Below, one piece after another: positions 31,141 through 42,232 of a stretch of DNA of 64,000 nucleotides. Source of the stretch: Candidatus Methanomethylicia archaeon (GTDB lineage: Archaea > Thermoproteota > Methanomethylicia > CALHIW01); assembly GCA_038845975.1 (NCBI GenBank), contig JAWBQF010000003.1:1-64000 (forward strand), written 5' to 3'. Below the pieces are notes generated by a model. It was not told where the DNA came from, ran no database searches, and was given only the letters and a program-made list of their open reading frames with translations. Both the position numbers and the translations under genes were made by a program. Position 1 is the first letter of the stretch, and every line of letters begins with the position of its first letter.

Positions 31141-31512
31141 TTGGAGGTTAAAACTGTTAGTAGAAGTAAGATTCTTGGAATGCAGGTTTATGGTTCTGAT
31201 GCTGCATTTATTGGAAGTGTTAAGGATATAGAGTTTACACTTGGCGAGGGAAAACCACTTCTAGTTGTAGAGACAAAATATCATACATTAATTAGAGTAG
31301 ATTGGAGTAAGATTGGTGCTGTTGAGGATATTGTATTGCTTAAGGAGCCTATTAAGATAGAGGCCCCGGCAGTAAAGACTGAAGAAACATTAGTAATTGA
31401 AAAGCCTACTGAAAAACGGGAGGAAGGTATATGTCCATCATGCGGTAAAAAGGCTACATGGATACAGCAATATAAGAGATGGTATTGCTACAACTGTAAA
31501 AAATATCTATAA
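31141..31512 (+). CDS. PRC-barrel protein with C-terminal Zn ribbon
   Basis: ILGMQVY...FIGSVKDI; CPSCG...WYCYNC. Confidence 0.8.
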   Translation: MEVKTVSRSKILGMQVYGSDAAFIGSVKDIEFTLGEGKPLLVVETKYHTLIRVDWSKIGAVEDIVLLKEPIKIEAPAVKTEETLVIEKPTEKREEGICPSCGKKATWIQQYKRWYCYNCKKYL

Positions 31513-31520
31513 ACTTATTT

Positions 31521-32201
31521 TTAAGGTGGTGGAGGAGGTGGAGGGGGAAGTTCTGGTTGTGGAGGCGGAGCCTTTAAGCTTATGTAGAGATGTACAGCTG
31601 CAACTGTAAAAATAATGCTTGCAATCCAGCTTAATATTGAGCCTATGATAGGTATTAAAGCTAGTATTATAGCTACTACTATTACTATAATTATGAAGAC
31701 AATAACTGAACCTAAATTTTTAGTTACAAACGATATAGCTCTACTTAAACTTTCACCAACTCCAACACCCTCAACTATTGCTACAATAGCGAGGAAGAAG
31801 GCTACAGGTATACCTATAATTATTATTGATAATATTGCTGCAATAATTGCTAAAACAATTAATGTAACTAATTTACCTATAACTAGATTAAGGCTTTTAG
31901 ATAGATTGGGTTTACCTCCACTAAATACATCATTAGCCATATCAACAACCATACATTCAGCTATAAATCCAAGAATACCTGCAATAAAACTACCTAGAGT
32001 TAGTAATGCAATATTTGGAGTGGAAATTATGGCTCCAGGTATAATGTATTGCTGAGCAAAAACCCATCGTGCAAGAAAATCGAAAATTAAAGCAATAACC
32101 ATCGGTATTAATGACGGTACTAATATTACTGGATTCTTAAATACTACATCTAATCCACGAGATATCGAGTTTATAGAGGATGAAATTATTCCACCTAGCA
32201 A
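31521..32201 (-). CDS. Multi-pass membrane protein with polyproline tail
   Basis: Several hydrophobic helices; C-terminal PPPQPELPPPPPPPP. Confidence 0.75.
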   Translation of the reverse strand: MLGGIISSSINSISRGLDVVFKNPVILVPSLIPMVIALIFDFLARWVFAQQYIIPGAIISTPNIALLTLGSFIAGILGFIAECMVVDMANDVFSGGKPNLSKSLNLVIGKLVTLIVLAIIAAILSIIIIGIPVAFFLAIVAIVEGVGVGESLSRAISFVTKNLGSVIVFIIIVIVVAIILALIPIIGSILSWIASIIFTVAAVHLYISLKAPPPQPELPPPPPPPP

Positions 32202-32243
32202 TTAAGATAGGCAATACTATATAAATTTAACTGTAAGTTAATG

Positions 32244-32974
32244 GGCTTTGTTAACTTAAGCATGTTTTATCACCTCTATTTTCGGTATTGTATCTTCTAT
32301 GAATTCCTTAGCTTTTATTTTCCTGTTAATCCATGTTTGTTTAGTATGTATATTATTGATTATAAGCATTAATGCATGTTCACCATCACATCTATCCTTC
32401 ATACACGGTATATAATTATCGAATAGCTTAGTTCTATCCTTAACATACTGTATTATTCTCTCCATTAGATTCTTAACCTCTAAACTATACAATTCATGTT
32501 TTAATTTTAATATTCTATGCCTTATAATATTGAGCTCCATCACTTAATACAACTATATTAGAACCGTAAATAGCTCTAATCTTTTAAGGAATGTTAGAGA
32601 TGTAAGCATGTTGCAGCATAAAAACCCATATGTAGAGAATCCTCCTCAATAATGGCTTAAATGCAACATAAACAATCCTCCTCATAGACCCCACATTAAT
32701 AATAGTATCATCAACCATAACAATCCTAACATCCCTCCTATCAAACTCAAATAGGAAGCTTAAAGATCTAAACCACGATAATATAGATACATAACTCCTA
32801 ACAATAATGAAGCTTAGAATATCTGAAGCCATTCTAGAAGAACGAAAATATATGTAAGCACCATAACAACTAGAGTAAATGGAGTTCTCTCCCTAACAAA
32901 CTTGATAACTTTAACCATAAACACACCATAAATAGGGGAGTGAACTCCCAAATAAATCTAAAGTTAACAAAGCC
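32244..32974 (-). mobile_element. Near full-length IS6-family element (731 bp) with broken transposase
   Basis: Perfect 14-bp terminal IR GGCTTTGTTAACTT; fragments FVRERTP, MVDDTIINV, NLMERIIQYVKDRTKLFDNY (ORFs 32256..32543 and 32584..32832). Confidence 0.9.
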
Positions 32975-33308
32975 GGGCTAACTACCTAAAACTCATATTT
33001 CTCTTAAAGGTTGCTTTTAGCTTTCTTAAGTAGCTGAAATGCTTATTACCTATGTTCTTGCCTGATATCCTCATAACTAGAGTTGAGATTCTTGCTTTTA
33101 AATGTTTAATAACTTAGTATTCTTTTAGACTCTAACTAATTCCATCTTGGAAGCAAGAATTATTATATTAGCTTTTAGGTAGCTTAAATATTTGAAATCT
33201 TCCTTTAGCTATGTTTCTGAAGTGAATACTTAGATACATCTTAATGTTTCGTATTCGTTTACTTCAGCAATTTCATTTAAAACTTGTATATAGCGGTAAT
33301 TTATCTGC

Positions 33309-34550
33309 TTATTCAATTGGTCCTAGAAGCTCAACTTCAACTAGACTATTCTTCTCATATCCTTCAACTTCAGGAGGCATAATTATTACTCCATTACCTC
33401 TAGTAAGTGTTGACAAAATCCCTGAACCAGTTATTCTTAATGGTTCTACATACAATTCATCTCCACATCTAAATACTTTAACTCTAACGTATGATGTATA
33501 TCCTGTAGTATTTACTAGTCTTCTAGTAAGTTTTGCTTTTACTTTTAATCTTCCAAGTTCATTAATTCCTAGTATTCTTCTAATTGATGGTACTATTACT
33601 AAGTCTAAGCTAGTTAATGCTGCAACTGGATATCCTGAAACCATAAATATCAATTTATTATTAATTACTCCAGCTCCTATTGTTCTTCCCGGTCTTATAG
33701 CTACTCCTCTAAACAGTATTCTTCCCCCCTCCCTTTCTAACACTTTAGGAGCTAAATCCATCTCTCCTACACTACTCCCACCGATAATTATCACTATATC
33801 TGAGCTTCTTAATGTGTTTCTAAGTGTTTCACTAATTATTTCCACATCGTCTGGTTTAGGGTTTATCCTTATTAAATCAAGATATTTATAGTTTGATAGG
33901 TAAGAGTATACTAGGTAGGAGGTGCTCTCATAAACCTCCGTACTTAGAGGTGTGGGTTCTCTAGGTTCACGTATCTCACTTCCTGTAGGCATTATTGAAA
34001 TCATAACTTTCCTAAGTACTCTTACCTTAGAGAATCCGAATGAGGCTAACGTAGCTATATGCCATGGTTGAAGAACAGTTCTTTCTCTAACTATTAGAGA
34101 GTTGATTTCAAAATCCTCCCCTATCCTAGATATGTTTGCCCATTCTGCTACCGGCTTATATATTAAGACTTTATCTCCAATTCTTGAAGTATCTTCATAC
34201 ATGATAACTGCATTAGCATTTAATGGAAGCTTTGCTCCTGTAGCTATTTCAATAGCTGTATGAGGTTTCAGTTCTATAGGCTCCTCTCCAGCATGTACTT
34301 TACCTATGACTTCAAGCTCTATTGGGTTTGTTTGAGAGGCTCCATAAGTATCTTCAGCTCTAACAGCATAACCATCTACAACTGATCTATTTGATGTAGG
34401 TAAATTGTAGGGGGCATATATGTTCCCAGCTGAAATTCTTCCAGAAGCATCTAGAAGACTTATATCTTCAACCCCAATATTTAAATCAATACTACTCACT
34501 ATAATATCTATAGCCTTTCCTACACTTAATAGGGAGTAAAGCAGTTTCAT
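33309..34550 (-). CDS. moeA: Molybdopterin molybdotransferase
   Basis: SVVDGYAVRA.DT.GAS, IATGA.LP..ANAVIM.E, TGSE, GGSSVG..D, RPG, GYP, GSG..STL. Confidence 0.93.
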   Translation of the reverse strand: MKLLYSLLSVGKAIDIIVSSIDLNIGVEDISLLDASGRISAGNIYAPYNLPTSNRSVVDGYAVRAEDTYGASQTNPIELEVIGKVHAGEEPIELKPHTAIEIATGAKLPLNANAVIMYEDTSRIGDKVLIYKPVAEWANISRIGEDFEINSLIVRERTVLQPWHIATLASFGFSKVRVLRKVMISIMPTGSEIREPREPTPLSTEVYESTSYLVYSYLSNYKYLDLIRINPKPDDVEIISETLRNTLRSSDIVIIIGGSSVGEMDLAPKVLEREGGRILFRGVAIRPGRTIGAGVINNKLIFMVSGYPVAALTSLDLVIVPSIRRILGINELGRLKVKAKLTRRLVNTTGYTSYVRVKVFRCGDELYVEPLRITGSGILSTLTRGNGVIIMPPEVEGYEKNSLVEVELLGPIE

Positions 34551-35177
34551 TCTAGCCTCAAGTATTCACCTACTGCTTATAAATGTTCTTAAGCTACAAT
34601 AATCCTATCTATGGAGGGTTAAGTAAAGTTATGAGGATTCTTCAAATATTGATAATAATTACTTATAGTCCCATATCTTTTACATATCCCATAGATTCAG
34701 TTCCCTATCAATATGCTTCACCTATTTTCTAATGTCTGTCATGTCTAACCAATACTCTACAAGTGTTGATTACCACAATACTCTTAAGCTTAGTAACATC
34801 CTAGGATGCTTTACAATTACTTTATAGGTCGTCTGTAGATACCTTCAAAGTATTGTGAGCCATTACGCTGAAGACTATGAGCTTATACAAGCTTATTTCC
34901 TCACAGCTTATAAACTTAGAATAGTACTTGAAAACCATATGAGCCATAATAAAAATTAATATATTCATAGCTATGAGATGTAAGTCTCAATGTAAAACTT
35001 TAGTTCAAGCTTATAGGAGCTAGGGTTTTGGCTTTATGAACCTAAGCTATTAACCATATATACTTATCATGTCTAAAGTTCACAAAACTTAGTGTTTGCA
35101 AATTAATTCTGTGTATGGAATCTTAATAAGCAGCTATAATAGTATTTACATGAATGAAGTCTACGAATCTGTGGTGA

Positions 35178-35366
35178 TTAACTGTAGGTATAATATTCCT
35201 CAAAAACTTCTATCTCTTTATATTCAACTTCAGCTATACCATTACTTATTGATTTTACTATGTGTGGTGAGCCGCAGTCTAAGCATACAATTATATCGCC
35301 AATTATAATGTCTTCGTTTACCTCTATTTTACCTTTACATCGTGAACAATGAGCAAGCATTCCCAT
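35178..35366 (-). CDS. LysW/ArgW-like small Zn-ribbon protein
   Basis: CSRCKG.IEV...IIGDII.CLDCG pattern, acidic C-terminus; TATA-like tttttaaat just upstream. Confidence 0.65.
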   Translation of the reverse strand: MGMLAHCSRCKGKIEVNEDIIIGDIIVCLDCGSPHIVKSISNGIAEVEYKEIEVFEEYYTYS

Positions 35367-35577
35367 TTTTAAAGAAAAGGATTTAAAAACCTTACTACTA
35401 AAAATGTATACAAATGTTCATTTTAATGATTTAATTTACATGAGAATTAGAATTGTTTGTCTAGTATTCTAATTATTATGGATTAAAATCATTATTAAAT
35501 TTATTATGGGTAAATGTATTTATAGGGGTTATCATAGTAAAGTTTAAGATATTTAGTGGCTAATATTAGGGATTACT

Positions 35578-36918
35578 ATGTATGACGTTGTAGTTGTTGG
35601 AGGTGGAGTATCTGGACTTACTGCTGCTTATTTCCTATCTAGAGCTGGCTTTAAAGTTTTAGTTGTTGAAAGAGGAAGTGAGAGTAAAATTGGTGATAAG
35701 GTTTGCGGTGATGCTATTGGTAAGCATCACTTCGTAAATTCAGATTTTGAGGAGCCTAAATTAGGAGTTGATGCTGAAGGATTTTTTAAGGGTGTTAACG
35801 TTGTTTCACCTAATGAGCAGTACATCATACCTGTATATGGGGAGGGATATGCTTTAAATAGGAGGGGGTTTGGAGCTAGATTGTTTAGAGAAGCTATTAA
35901 TAGTGGTGCTGAAGTTTTCTTAGAGCATAGTTTTGTTAAGCCTATTATAAGTTATGATAGGGTTAAAGGAATATTTGTAAGATCTGGAGGCCATGTTAAG
36001 GATATTTATGCTAGAACTGTTATTGATGCTAGTGGTGCTCTAGCTTGTGTAAGAGGTTCTCTACCTAAGGAATGGTGGGTTTCAGAACAGATACCTAACA
36101 GCGACTTCAATATATGCTATAGGGAAATATGGGTTGGTAATTTAAACATAGACCATGATTTTGCATGGATATTTCTGAATGTCAATGTAGCTCCCGGAGG
36201 CTACTGGTGGCTTTTCCCTAAGAGAAGTGGGCTTTACAATGTTGGTTTAGGTATTCAGAAAGGGTTAAAAGGATTAAATCCGAGAATTCAGTTTGATAAA
36301 TATGTAAGAGGAAGATTTAAGATTGATAAGATTGTTCATGGCGGTGGTGGAATTGTCCCAACAAGAAGACCTATTCCATGTATGGTTTGGAATGGATTCA
36401 TGACTATAGGTGATGCTGCATCTACAGCTAATCCACTACATGGAGGTGGAATAGGGCCAGCAATGCTAAGTGCTAAAATAGCAGTGGAAGTATTGACTGA
36501 GGCCTTAAGTAGTGGTGAAGCAAATCTAGAGAAGCTTTGGAGCTATCATAGTAAATATCATAGGGCATATGGAGCAAAACAAGCCTCATTAGACGTTTTG
36601 AGAATGTATCTACAAACATTAGAGAATAATGATTTAAACTATATATTTAAATCAATACTGATAAATGGCGGTGAGCTTAACGAGCTTGGATATAAAGGTG
36701 AGATAGGGCAGAGTATTTTAAGTAGGGTAAAATCAATATTGAAGTTAACTGTTAAGCCGCTTATGTTAATGAGAATTATTAAGGTAAAACAGTACATGGA
36801 TCATGCGAAAGAGCTATATTTAAACTATCCGGAAACACCGTTAAAATACTTAGAGTGGAAGAGTAGCGAGGAGAAACTGTTCAGAGAATATAAGGAATGG
36901 ATAAAACATGTAGAGTAA
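35578..36918 (+). CDS. Digeranylgeranylglycerophospholipid reductase (GGR)
   Basis: GGGVSG, KVCGDA, PGGYWWLFP, GDAA..ANPLHGGGI. Confidence 0.9.
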   Translation: MYDVVVVGGGVSGLTAAYFLSRAGFKVLVVERGSESKIGDKVCGDAIGKHHFVNSDFEEPKLGVDAEGFFKGVNVVSPNEQYIIPVYGEGYALNRRGFGARLFREAINSGAEVFLEHSFVKPIISYDRVKGIFVRSGGHVKDIYARTVIDASGALACVRGSLPKEWWVSEQIPNSDFNICYREIWVGNLNIDHDFAWIFLNVNVAPGGYWWLFPKRSGLYNVGLGIQKGLKGLNPRIQFDKYVRGRFKIDKIVHGGGGIVPTRRPIPCMVWNGFMTIGDAASTANPLHGGGIGPAMLSAKIAVEVLTEALSSGEANLEKLWSYHSKYHRAYGAKQASLDVLRMYLQTLENNDLNYIFKSILINGGELNELGYKGEIGQSILSRVKSILKLTVKPLMLMRIIKVKQYMDHAKELYLNYPETPLKYLEWKSSEEKLFREYKEWIKHVE

Positions 36919-37069
36919 AGTAAGCTATCTACTTTAAAGCTTAGAGAAGATTTAAAGTTTTAACTAGTAGATACTTTGAATCTATGGTGTTCTATATGTA
37001 TAGGTTTGGTATGCATGGAGGAGCTATATAGGTCTAAATTTAGGGGTAATTTAAGTCTGTAAATAGAGG

Positions 37070-37558
37070 CTAGCTTGAAGAGTTATATTCGATTAGTAGT
37101 TCGTTTCCGCCGAGATGTTTTATTTTACATCCATATTTTTGAGCTATGTGAATTGCAGGTGTGTTTGAGGTAAATGTGTATGCTATGCAGCTTTTAATCC
37201 CGTGTTTACCAGCAACCTCAAGTAAATATTTCAGTATAATTTCTCCCAATCCTCTTCCTTGGAAATCATCTCTAACAACAACGCCTAGCTCATTACTATT
37301 CTTAATATGTAAATCTGCTTCAGCAACAATATCATTATTATATTCAGCAATAACACAGATAAACTCATCACTAAGAACTTGATTAACAATATAGTTGAAG
37401 TCGCGTGTACGAAATAATTTAGTAAACCCTAGAAACCTCCTATAAATCGATTCAGCACTAAGTGATTTATACATTTTCAAGAGTTTATCACCATCATCTT
37501 TATTAGCTACTCTAAGCCTTACTCGTTTTCCATCCTTCAATATAGCTTCAGTAGCCAC
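37070..37558 (-). CDS. GNAT acetyltransferase (Pat-like)
   Basis: LSAESIYRRF, VRDDFQGRGLG, N..AI....KYG. Confidence 0.85.
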   Translation of the reverse strand: MATEAILKDGKRVRLRVANKDDGDKLLKMYKSLSAESIYRRFLGFTKLFRTRDFNYIVNQVLSDEFICVIAEYNNDIVAEADLHIKNSNELGVVVRDDFQGRGLGEIILKYLLEVAGKHGIKSCIAYTFTSNTPAIHIAQKYGCKIKHLGGNELLIEYNSSS

Positions 37559-37862
37559 ATATTAAATTAGCAATCAAATATTTAAATATTGATAGCTTAT
37601 GGAACTTTAGAGGACGATTTAAGCCTAACTCATACTCATGTTAAATCCATATTTCTCAATGCATTAAAGATGGATTGTAAGCCTACTTAGATGTATATTT
37701 AATAATTTTAAACATGTAGATACTAGTTAGCTGAAGATTTAATTTGTTAAGTGTTTACTGTGGTTTAAATCTACATTGAGTCGTATGGATAAGCAGCCTA
37801 ACAACTAGTTATTGGAGCTATATCCAGATTCATTAATATCCAATCTACCTATTTTGTAGTGG

Positions 37863-38894
37863 TTATATTGCTTTCAGTTTATGGAGTAGTTCATATTCTT
37901 CATTTTTAGTAATGAATAATCCTAAATTCCCTAGCCTAACATTCTTTAACCCAACATTTCTAGCTTCATTAAGAGCTTTAAACATTTGATTGAAACTTGG
38001 AGGCTTAATATTCCTCATTTTATTTTCAGGTAAGAATGCTATTATTGAGTATGGTATTTCAGGATCTACTTGAGCAAGTAATTCAGCAATTCTCCTTATT
38101 TGATCTTCTTCAACCCATCCCGGAATATATACTGTTGAAACTTCTAATGTAAATCCCCTATCAATGATTTCAGCTGGAAGTTTTAGAATCCATTCATTTG
38201 ATACTCCAGTAAGCTTTTTATGTATTTCTTCATCATATGCCTTAATATCAAGCCAGAAGGAATCTATTAAGCCCTCAAATAAATCTAGAGTTTTAGGAAT
38301 TAATCCATAACCATTTGTTTCAAGGAGAACCCATAAATCCTCATTTAGATTCTTAATTTCTCTAGTAGATTCAATATAGAATTTAGGTTGGCAGGATAGA
38401 TCTCCGCCAGTAAATGATATGATGTTTCTAGCTGGACCATATGTTCCATCATCTAGAATTGTTATATGATTTATGGATAGTTTTCCAGGACAGTATATTG
38501 ATCTTTTTCCTTTCTGTATGCATGACCCGCATCCACGACATAGCTCATGGGCATGCCAGCTAGTAATTCTTTTCCTATTTTCTCTATACATGTTTACTCT
38601 ATTCCTCTCAACATACTCCATAGCTATTTCAGCTATGCCCTTAGGTGAAACCCAATATCCTGAAGCATATTTAGTAAATCTCCATGAATGACATTTAAGA
38701 CAACTCCAATTACATCCAGATTGATAAATAGATAAATATTGTTCAGGAGCCTTATGAGCATATGAATGGATTAGCCTATATGGAATATTCCCTCTCCATC
38801 TAAAAGTTACCTCACATGCAGGCCTCCATAAACCCTCACTAAATGTTAAACAACTTCCAGGCTTAAATCCCTCTTTAACTAGTCTACAAATCAT
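37863..38894 (-). CDS. Radical SAM protein (PFL-activase-like group)
   Basis: GCNWSCLKCH, FTGGD, ETNGY, WLDIKA, YIPG. Confidence 0.85.
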   Translation of the reverse strand: MICRLVKEGFKPGSCLTFSEGLWRPACEVTFRWRGNIPYRLIHSYAHKAPEQYLSIYQSGCNWSCLKCHSWRFTKYASGYWVSPKGIAEIAMEYVERNRVNMYRENRKRITSWHAHELCRGCGSCIQKGKRSIYCPGKLSINHITILDDGTYGPARNIISFTGGDLSCQPKFYIESTREIKNLNEDLWVLLETNGYGLIPKTLDLFEGLIDSFWLDIKAYDEEIHKKLTGVSNEWILKLPAEIIDRGFTLEVSTVYIPGWVEEDQIRRIAELLAQVDPEIPYSIIAFLPENKMRNIKPPSFNQMFKALNEARNVGLKNVRLGNLGLFITKNEEYELLHKLKAI

Positions 38895-39133
38895 AGCAAC
38901 CCATCGACTTTCATATTGACTTTACCCATATCATGAATTCTACAGCCAATTATATAAATCTTTATTGTTTAGAGTATTAGTAATTCATTAAGTAAATTTA
39001 TGGATATAAATGTATTTGTAGCTCAATAAAGCAACACATATAATTTTACCCTGGAGCATATACTCATAACAGTACCTCTGCTTGACTACTCTAACATTTT
39101 CTTATTAAATTCGCTTAAGATAAACCATAACTC

Positions 39134-39362
39134 GGCTTTGTTAACTTAAGCTACTAACTATATATACTTGCAGTGTCTAAAGTTTACAGAGCCAATAACT
39201 CTATAGTAATAAGCTTAAATTTCTTAAGCTATTCTAAATGAGTAAATATGTAAGTATCATAACAACCAATACAAATGAGTTTCCTTCTGGTAAATTTAAC
39301 TTTAACCATGGTTTCACTATAATTAAGGGAATAAACCCTAAATAAATCTAGAGTATGTAAAG
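39134..39362. mobile_element. Internally deleted, MITE-sized IS6 derivative
   Basis: Perfect GGCTTTGTTAACTTAAG at 39134; degenerate other end (aactttaaccat...aaataaatctagagt) near 39300-39362. Confidence 0.6.
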
Positions 39363-39409
39363 TATTTAATGTTTGAGTAAAACTTAACTATTTCCACGTA
39401 TTAGGCTTC

Positions 39410-40477
39410 ATGATGAAATGTATTCCAGATCTTGTTAAGAATATTTATGTTTTGAGGTTTAAGGATCTTAGAAGGGAAATTTTAAACATTTATGTTAAGC
39501 CAGTTCTAATTCAAGGAAAGGTTAAGAATAAAGCAATTAAGAGATACGTAGTTAAGGCTCAAAGAGTATATGGTCTACTTAGGAGTAGGCTTGGTGTTGT
39601 TAAGATGATGCCAAGTTGGAGTTTCTTCCATCCATTTTATAGAGAGCTTCTAAATATAGGAGGTGTACTAAGCTATGAGGAGAGTAGGAAAAAGGTTTTG
39701 CGAATGATTCATGTTTTAAGTAATCTTTGGAGTGAATATAAGGCTAATTTAGGGAAGTGTAGTAATGTTGATGAGGCTAAGAAGTATGTAAGGATATTTA
39801 TTGGTAGGTCTCTATCTATTGCTAGAAGAATAGATAGAGATCTTGATGTTTTAGATAAAGCTGTAAGTATACTTAAGTCTACTCCATGTATAAACCCTGA
39901 GGAACCAATTATAGTTATTGCCGGTATGCCTCAAACAGGTAAGTCAACACTTACTGGGAAAATATCAACAGTTAAGCCTAAAGTATCTCCATATCCATTC
40001 ACAACAAAGAATGTTATTCTAGGCCATTTAAAACTAATGAATTCTGTAAGACTTCAGATAATGGATACTCCTGGAATTCTTGATAGACCATTAGAGGATC
40101 TTAACGAGATTGAGAGAAAAGCAATAGCAGCAATTAATCATTTAGCTACAGTAATGGTTTTCCTTATAGATCCTAGAGAAGATAGCTATTATCCTCTTGA
40201 AAGCCAACTATACGTCTATAAAACTGTTAGTACAATCCTTAGAAATAATAGTAGAATCATTGTAGCGATAAACAAGATGGATATGATAGGTTTAAATCGT
40301 TTAAATCATGTTATCAACATGTTAAAAAGCTTTGGAGTCGAAAATCCATTAATGATTAGTGCTCTTAAAGGAGATGGTGTAGAGAATTTAATACTTAACA
40401 TACTTAACCTACTCAGTATAGAGATAGATAGGGAAAGAGTAAAAGAAGCATTATCAAGAATACAATTATATTTCTAA
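39410..40477 (+). CDS. NOG1-family GTPase
   Basis: HPFYRELL, GMPQTGKS, YPFTTK, DTPGILDRP, NKMD, ISA. Confidence 0.9.
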   Translation: MMKCIPDLVKNIYVLRFKDLRREILNIYVKPVLIQGKVKNKAIKRYVVKAQRVYGLLRSRLGVVKMMPSWSFFHPFYRELLNIGGVLSYEESRKKVLRMIHVLSNLWSEYKANLGKCSNVDEAKKYVRIFIGRSLSIARRIDRDLDVLDKAVSILKSTPCINPEEPIIVIAGMPQTGKSTLTGKISTVKPKVSPYPFTTKNVILGHLKLMNSVRLQIMDTPGILDRPLEDLNEIERKAIAAINHLATVMVFLIDPREDSYYPLESQLYVYKTVSTILRNNSRIIVAINKMDMIGLNRLNHVINMLKSFGVENPLMISALKGDGVENLILNILNLLSIEIDRERVKEALSRIQLYF

Positions 40478-41072
40478 ATCTAAGTTAGCTCACTATAACT
40501 ATGGTTTAGGCTTAATGGATTTAGAAGCTTAATCCCTATTGTTCTTTAGTATGAATCCGTTAATATATTTACTTGAATTGGTGAAAATTTTCAATTAGAT
40601 AAAATCATCTTCTTCCCACATGCCCTTAATGCTTAGTTCCTATTGTCCTTTAGTCTTTTCTAGCTTAATTTTTAAACTATTTCTACTTAGCCTCTTGATA
40701 TGTTTTATCAATTCCTATTTCTAAGCTTATGAATAGCCTCTAGAAGGTTAAACACTTCCTAATAGATTTAGAGCTCTAACTATATCTCAAGTTTCTCTAT
40801 CTTAGCTATAGTAAAGCATTACGATATTAAGACTCCATATAGTCTATTAGTATCCTCCAGATGTATTTCATTTCTCTAAACCGTAAAGATCATTAGAAGT
40901 ATTTACACTTTACTGCGTAATGCTACTTGTAAGCTCCTTACTTAACTCCTAGACAATATAGTGGATATCGTGAAATTCTATTTTCATAAACGCTTCACTA
41001 TCCCTCATCATCCAGCCTAGATTAATGTTTAAGGTATTCCCTAATATTTACAATGTTAGTATGTTATAATGG

Positions 41073-41504
41073 CTACCTAGAAATGTATTCCTCTACTACT
41101 TTAACTAGACGTGTAGCTTCTCTTACAGTGTTTATGATATGGTCGCAGTAATGATATACTCTCTCCGTTGCCTTTGCAATTACGCTTGCCTGCTTCATAC
41201 TTACAATTTCCTCTCTACTGAATCCCCGTTTCTCCATATATTTTATCCATGCATCATCTACATCTTTAGGATAGGAATGCTCTATTTCCTCTCTTAGTTT
41301 TTTAGCTTCATTTAAGTATTTAAGGCATAAATATGCTCTCTCCGGGTTTCTGCATAGAAATGGGTATTTCTTAGCTATATTACTTATGAATATCTCTCTA
41401 TTATTTGCCCATACTTCCTCATTTTGGTAGGGGCAGTTCCCACATAATACGTTCAATACCTTCTTTAACTTCTCTATTAAAGCCCTAAGATCTTTACTAC
41501 TCAT
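41073..41504 (-). CDS. Hypothetical protein (Cys-containing)
   Basis: 143-aa ORF, coding-like composition, TATA-like upstream. Confidence 0.6.
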   Translation of the reverse strand: MSSKDLRALIEKLKKVLNVLCGNCPYQNEEVWANNREIFISNIAKKYPFLCRNPERAYLCLKYLNEAKKLREEIEHSYPKDVDDAWIKYMEKRGFSREEIVSMKQASVIAKATERVYHYCDHIINTVREATRLVKVVEEYISR

Positions 41505-41967
41505 AAATTGCTATCTATAAATAGTTTAATAAATATTACGACACTAAATTATAGCTAGTCAGTTTATAGATTTATGTTTTTACTATGTTGTTAATGTTTC
41601 TTAATGGATAGGAATTCTATTTACTTTTAGCTCAGTATTACTTTATATTTAGAGTTAATAATGCACTAAGTGTATTTATGAATATCCATGTTAGTGTCTA
41701 TAAGTGCCCCAATTAGAATAATGATGTACTTTCATGATTTTGAATTAGTATTACTAAGAAATTATTTTGATTTCCATTCATATTTAATTCGTAACTTTAA
41801 TCACGAATTTCGGATATATTTGACATAAATTAGAGCATAAAATAGAATGATTTTACGCAAAACGCAATTAAACTATAATGATGGCTTTTTGAAATTAATA
41901 TGAGGACTATGTATTTTCATGATAAAATTTATAAGTTTTTTCATCTTTTTAAATTTAGGTGAAAAGT

Positions 41968-42030
41968 TTGCCTTGCTCAAAGAAGAAAAAAGAGGAAAAG
42001 AAGGCGGAAGAAAAAAAGAAAAAGAAGTAA
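41968..42030 (+). CDS. 20-aa Lys/Glu-rich small protein MPCSKKKKEEKKAEEKKKKK
   Basis: TTG start after AGGTGA RBS, TTTATAAG TATA about 40 nt upstream, T-rich tract after TAA. Confidence 0.55.
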   Translation: MPCSKKKKEEKKAEEKKKKK

Positions 42031-42232
42031 TCCAAACTTATTAATCTATTTTTATTTTCCGATTTACTCTATTACTGCATATTTTTGATTTTGCTTAGTT
42101 TGTATTGCTGATTTTACTAAAGTTTAAACTTATTATAGTCATTAATGAAATAGAAGCCTATAAATACATATCTACATATGGTAAGTCTAAATTCTATTAA
42201 TCATAATTAATATGATTTGCCGTTACGTAGTG

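Noticed and set aside
31521-31570. GC-rich ggt/gga repeat
   Set aside because: Simply encodes the polyproline tail; not an RNA gene or array
33244-33891. 215-aa plus-strand ORF
   Set aside because: Antisense shadow of moeA; no motifs. The same applies to the other short antisense ORFs inside copA, sufS, his genes, oxidase, tes, MFS and deaminase genes
34590-34870. Possible IS1-like relic
   Set aside because: Only a short YTDD-like hint; not enough to support a call
28165-36918. tes and GGR as a lipid gene cluster
   Set aside because: About 6 kb apart with unrelated genes between; both are ordinary archaeal lipid enzymes
40540-41040. Eroded minus-strand gene
   Set aside because: Many stops and no recognisable family
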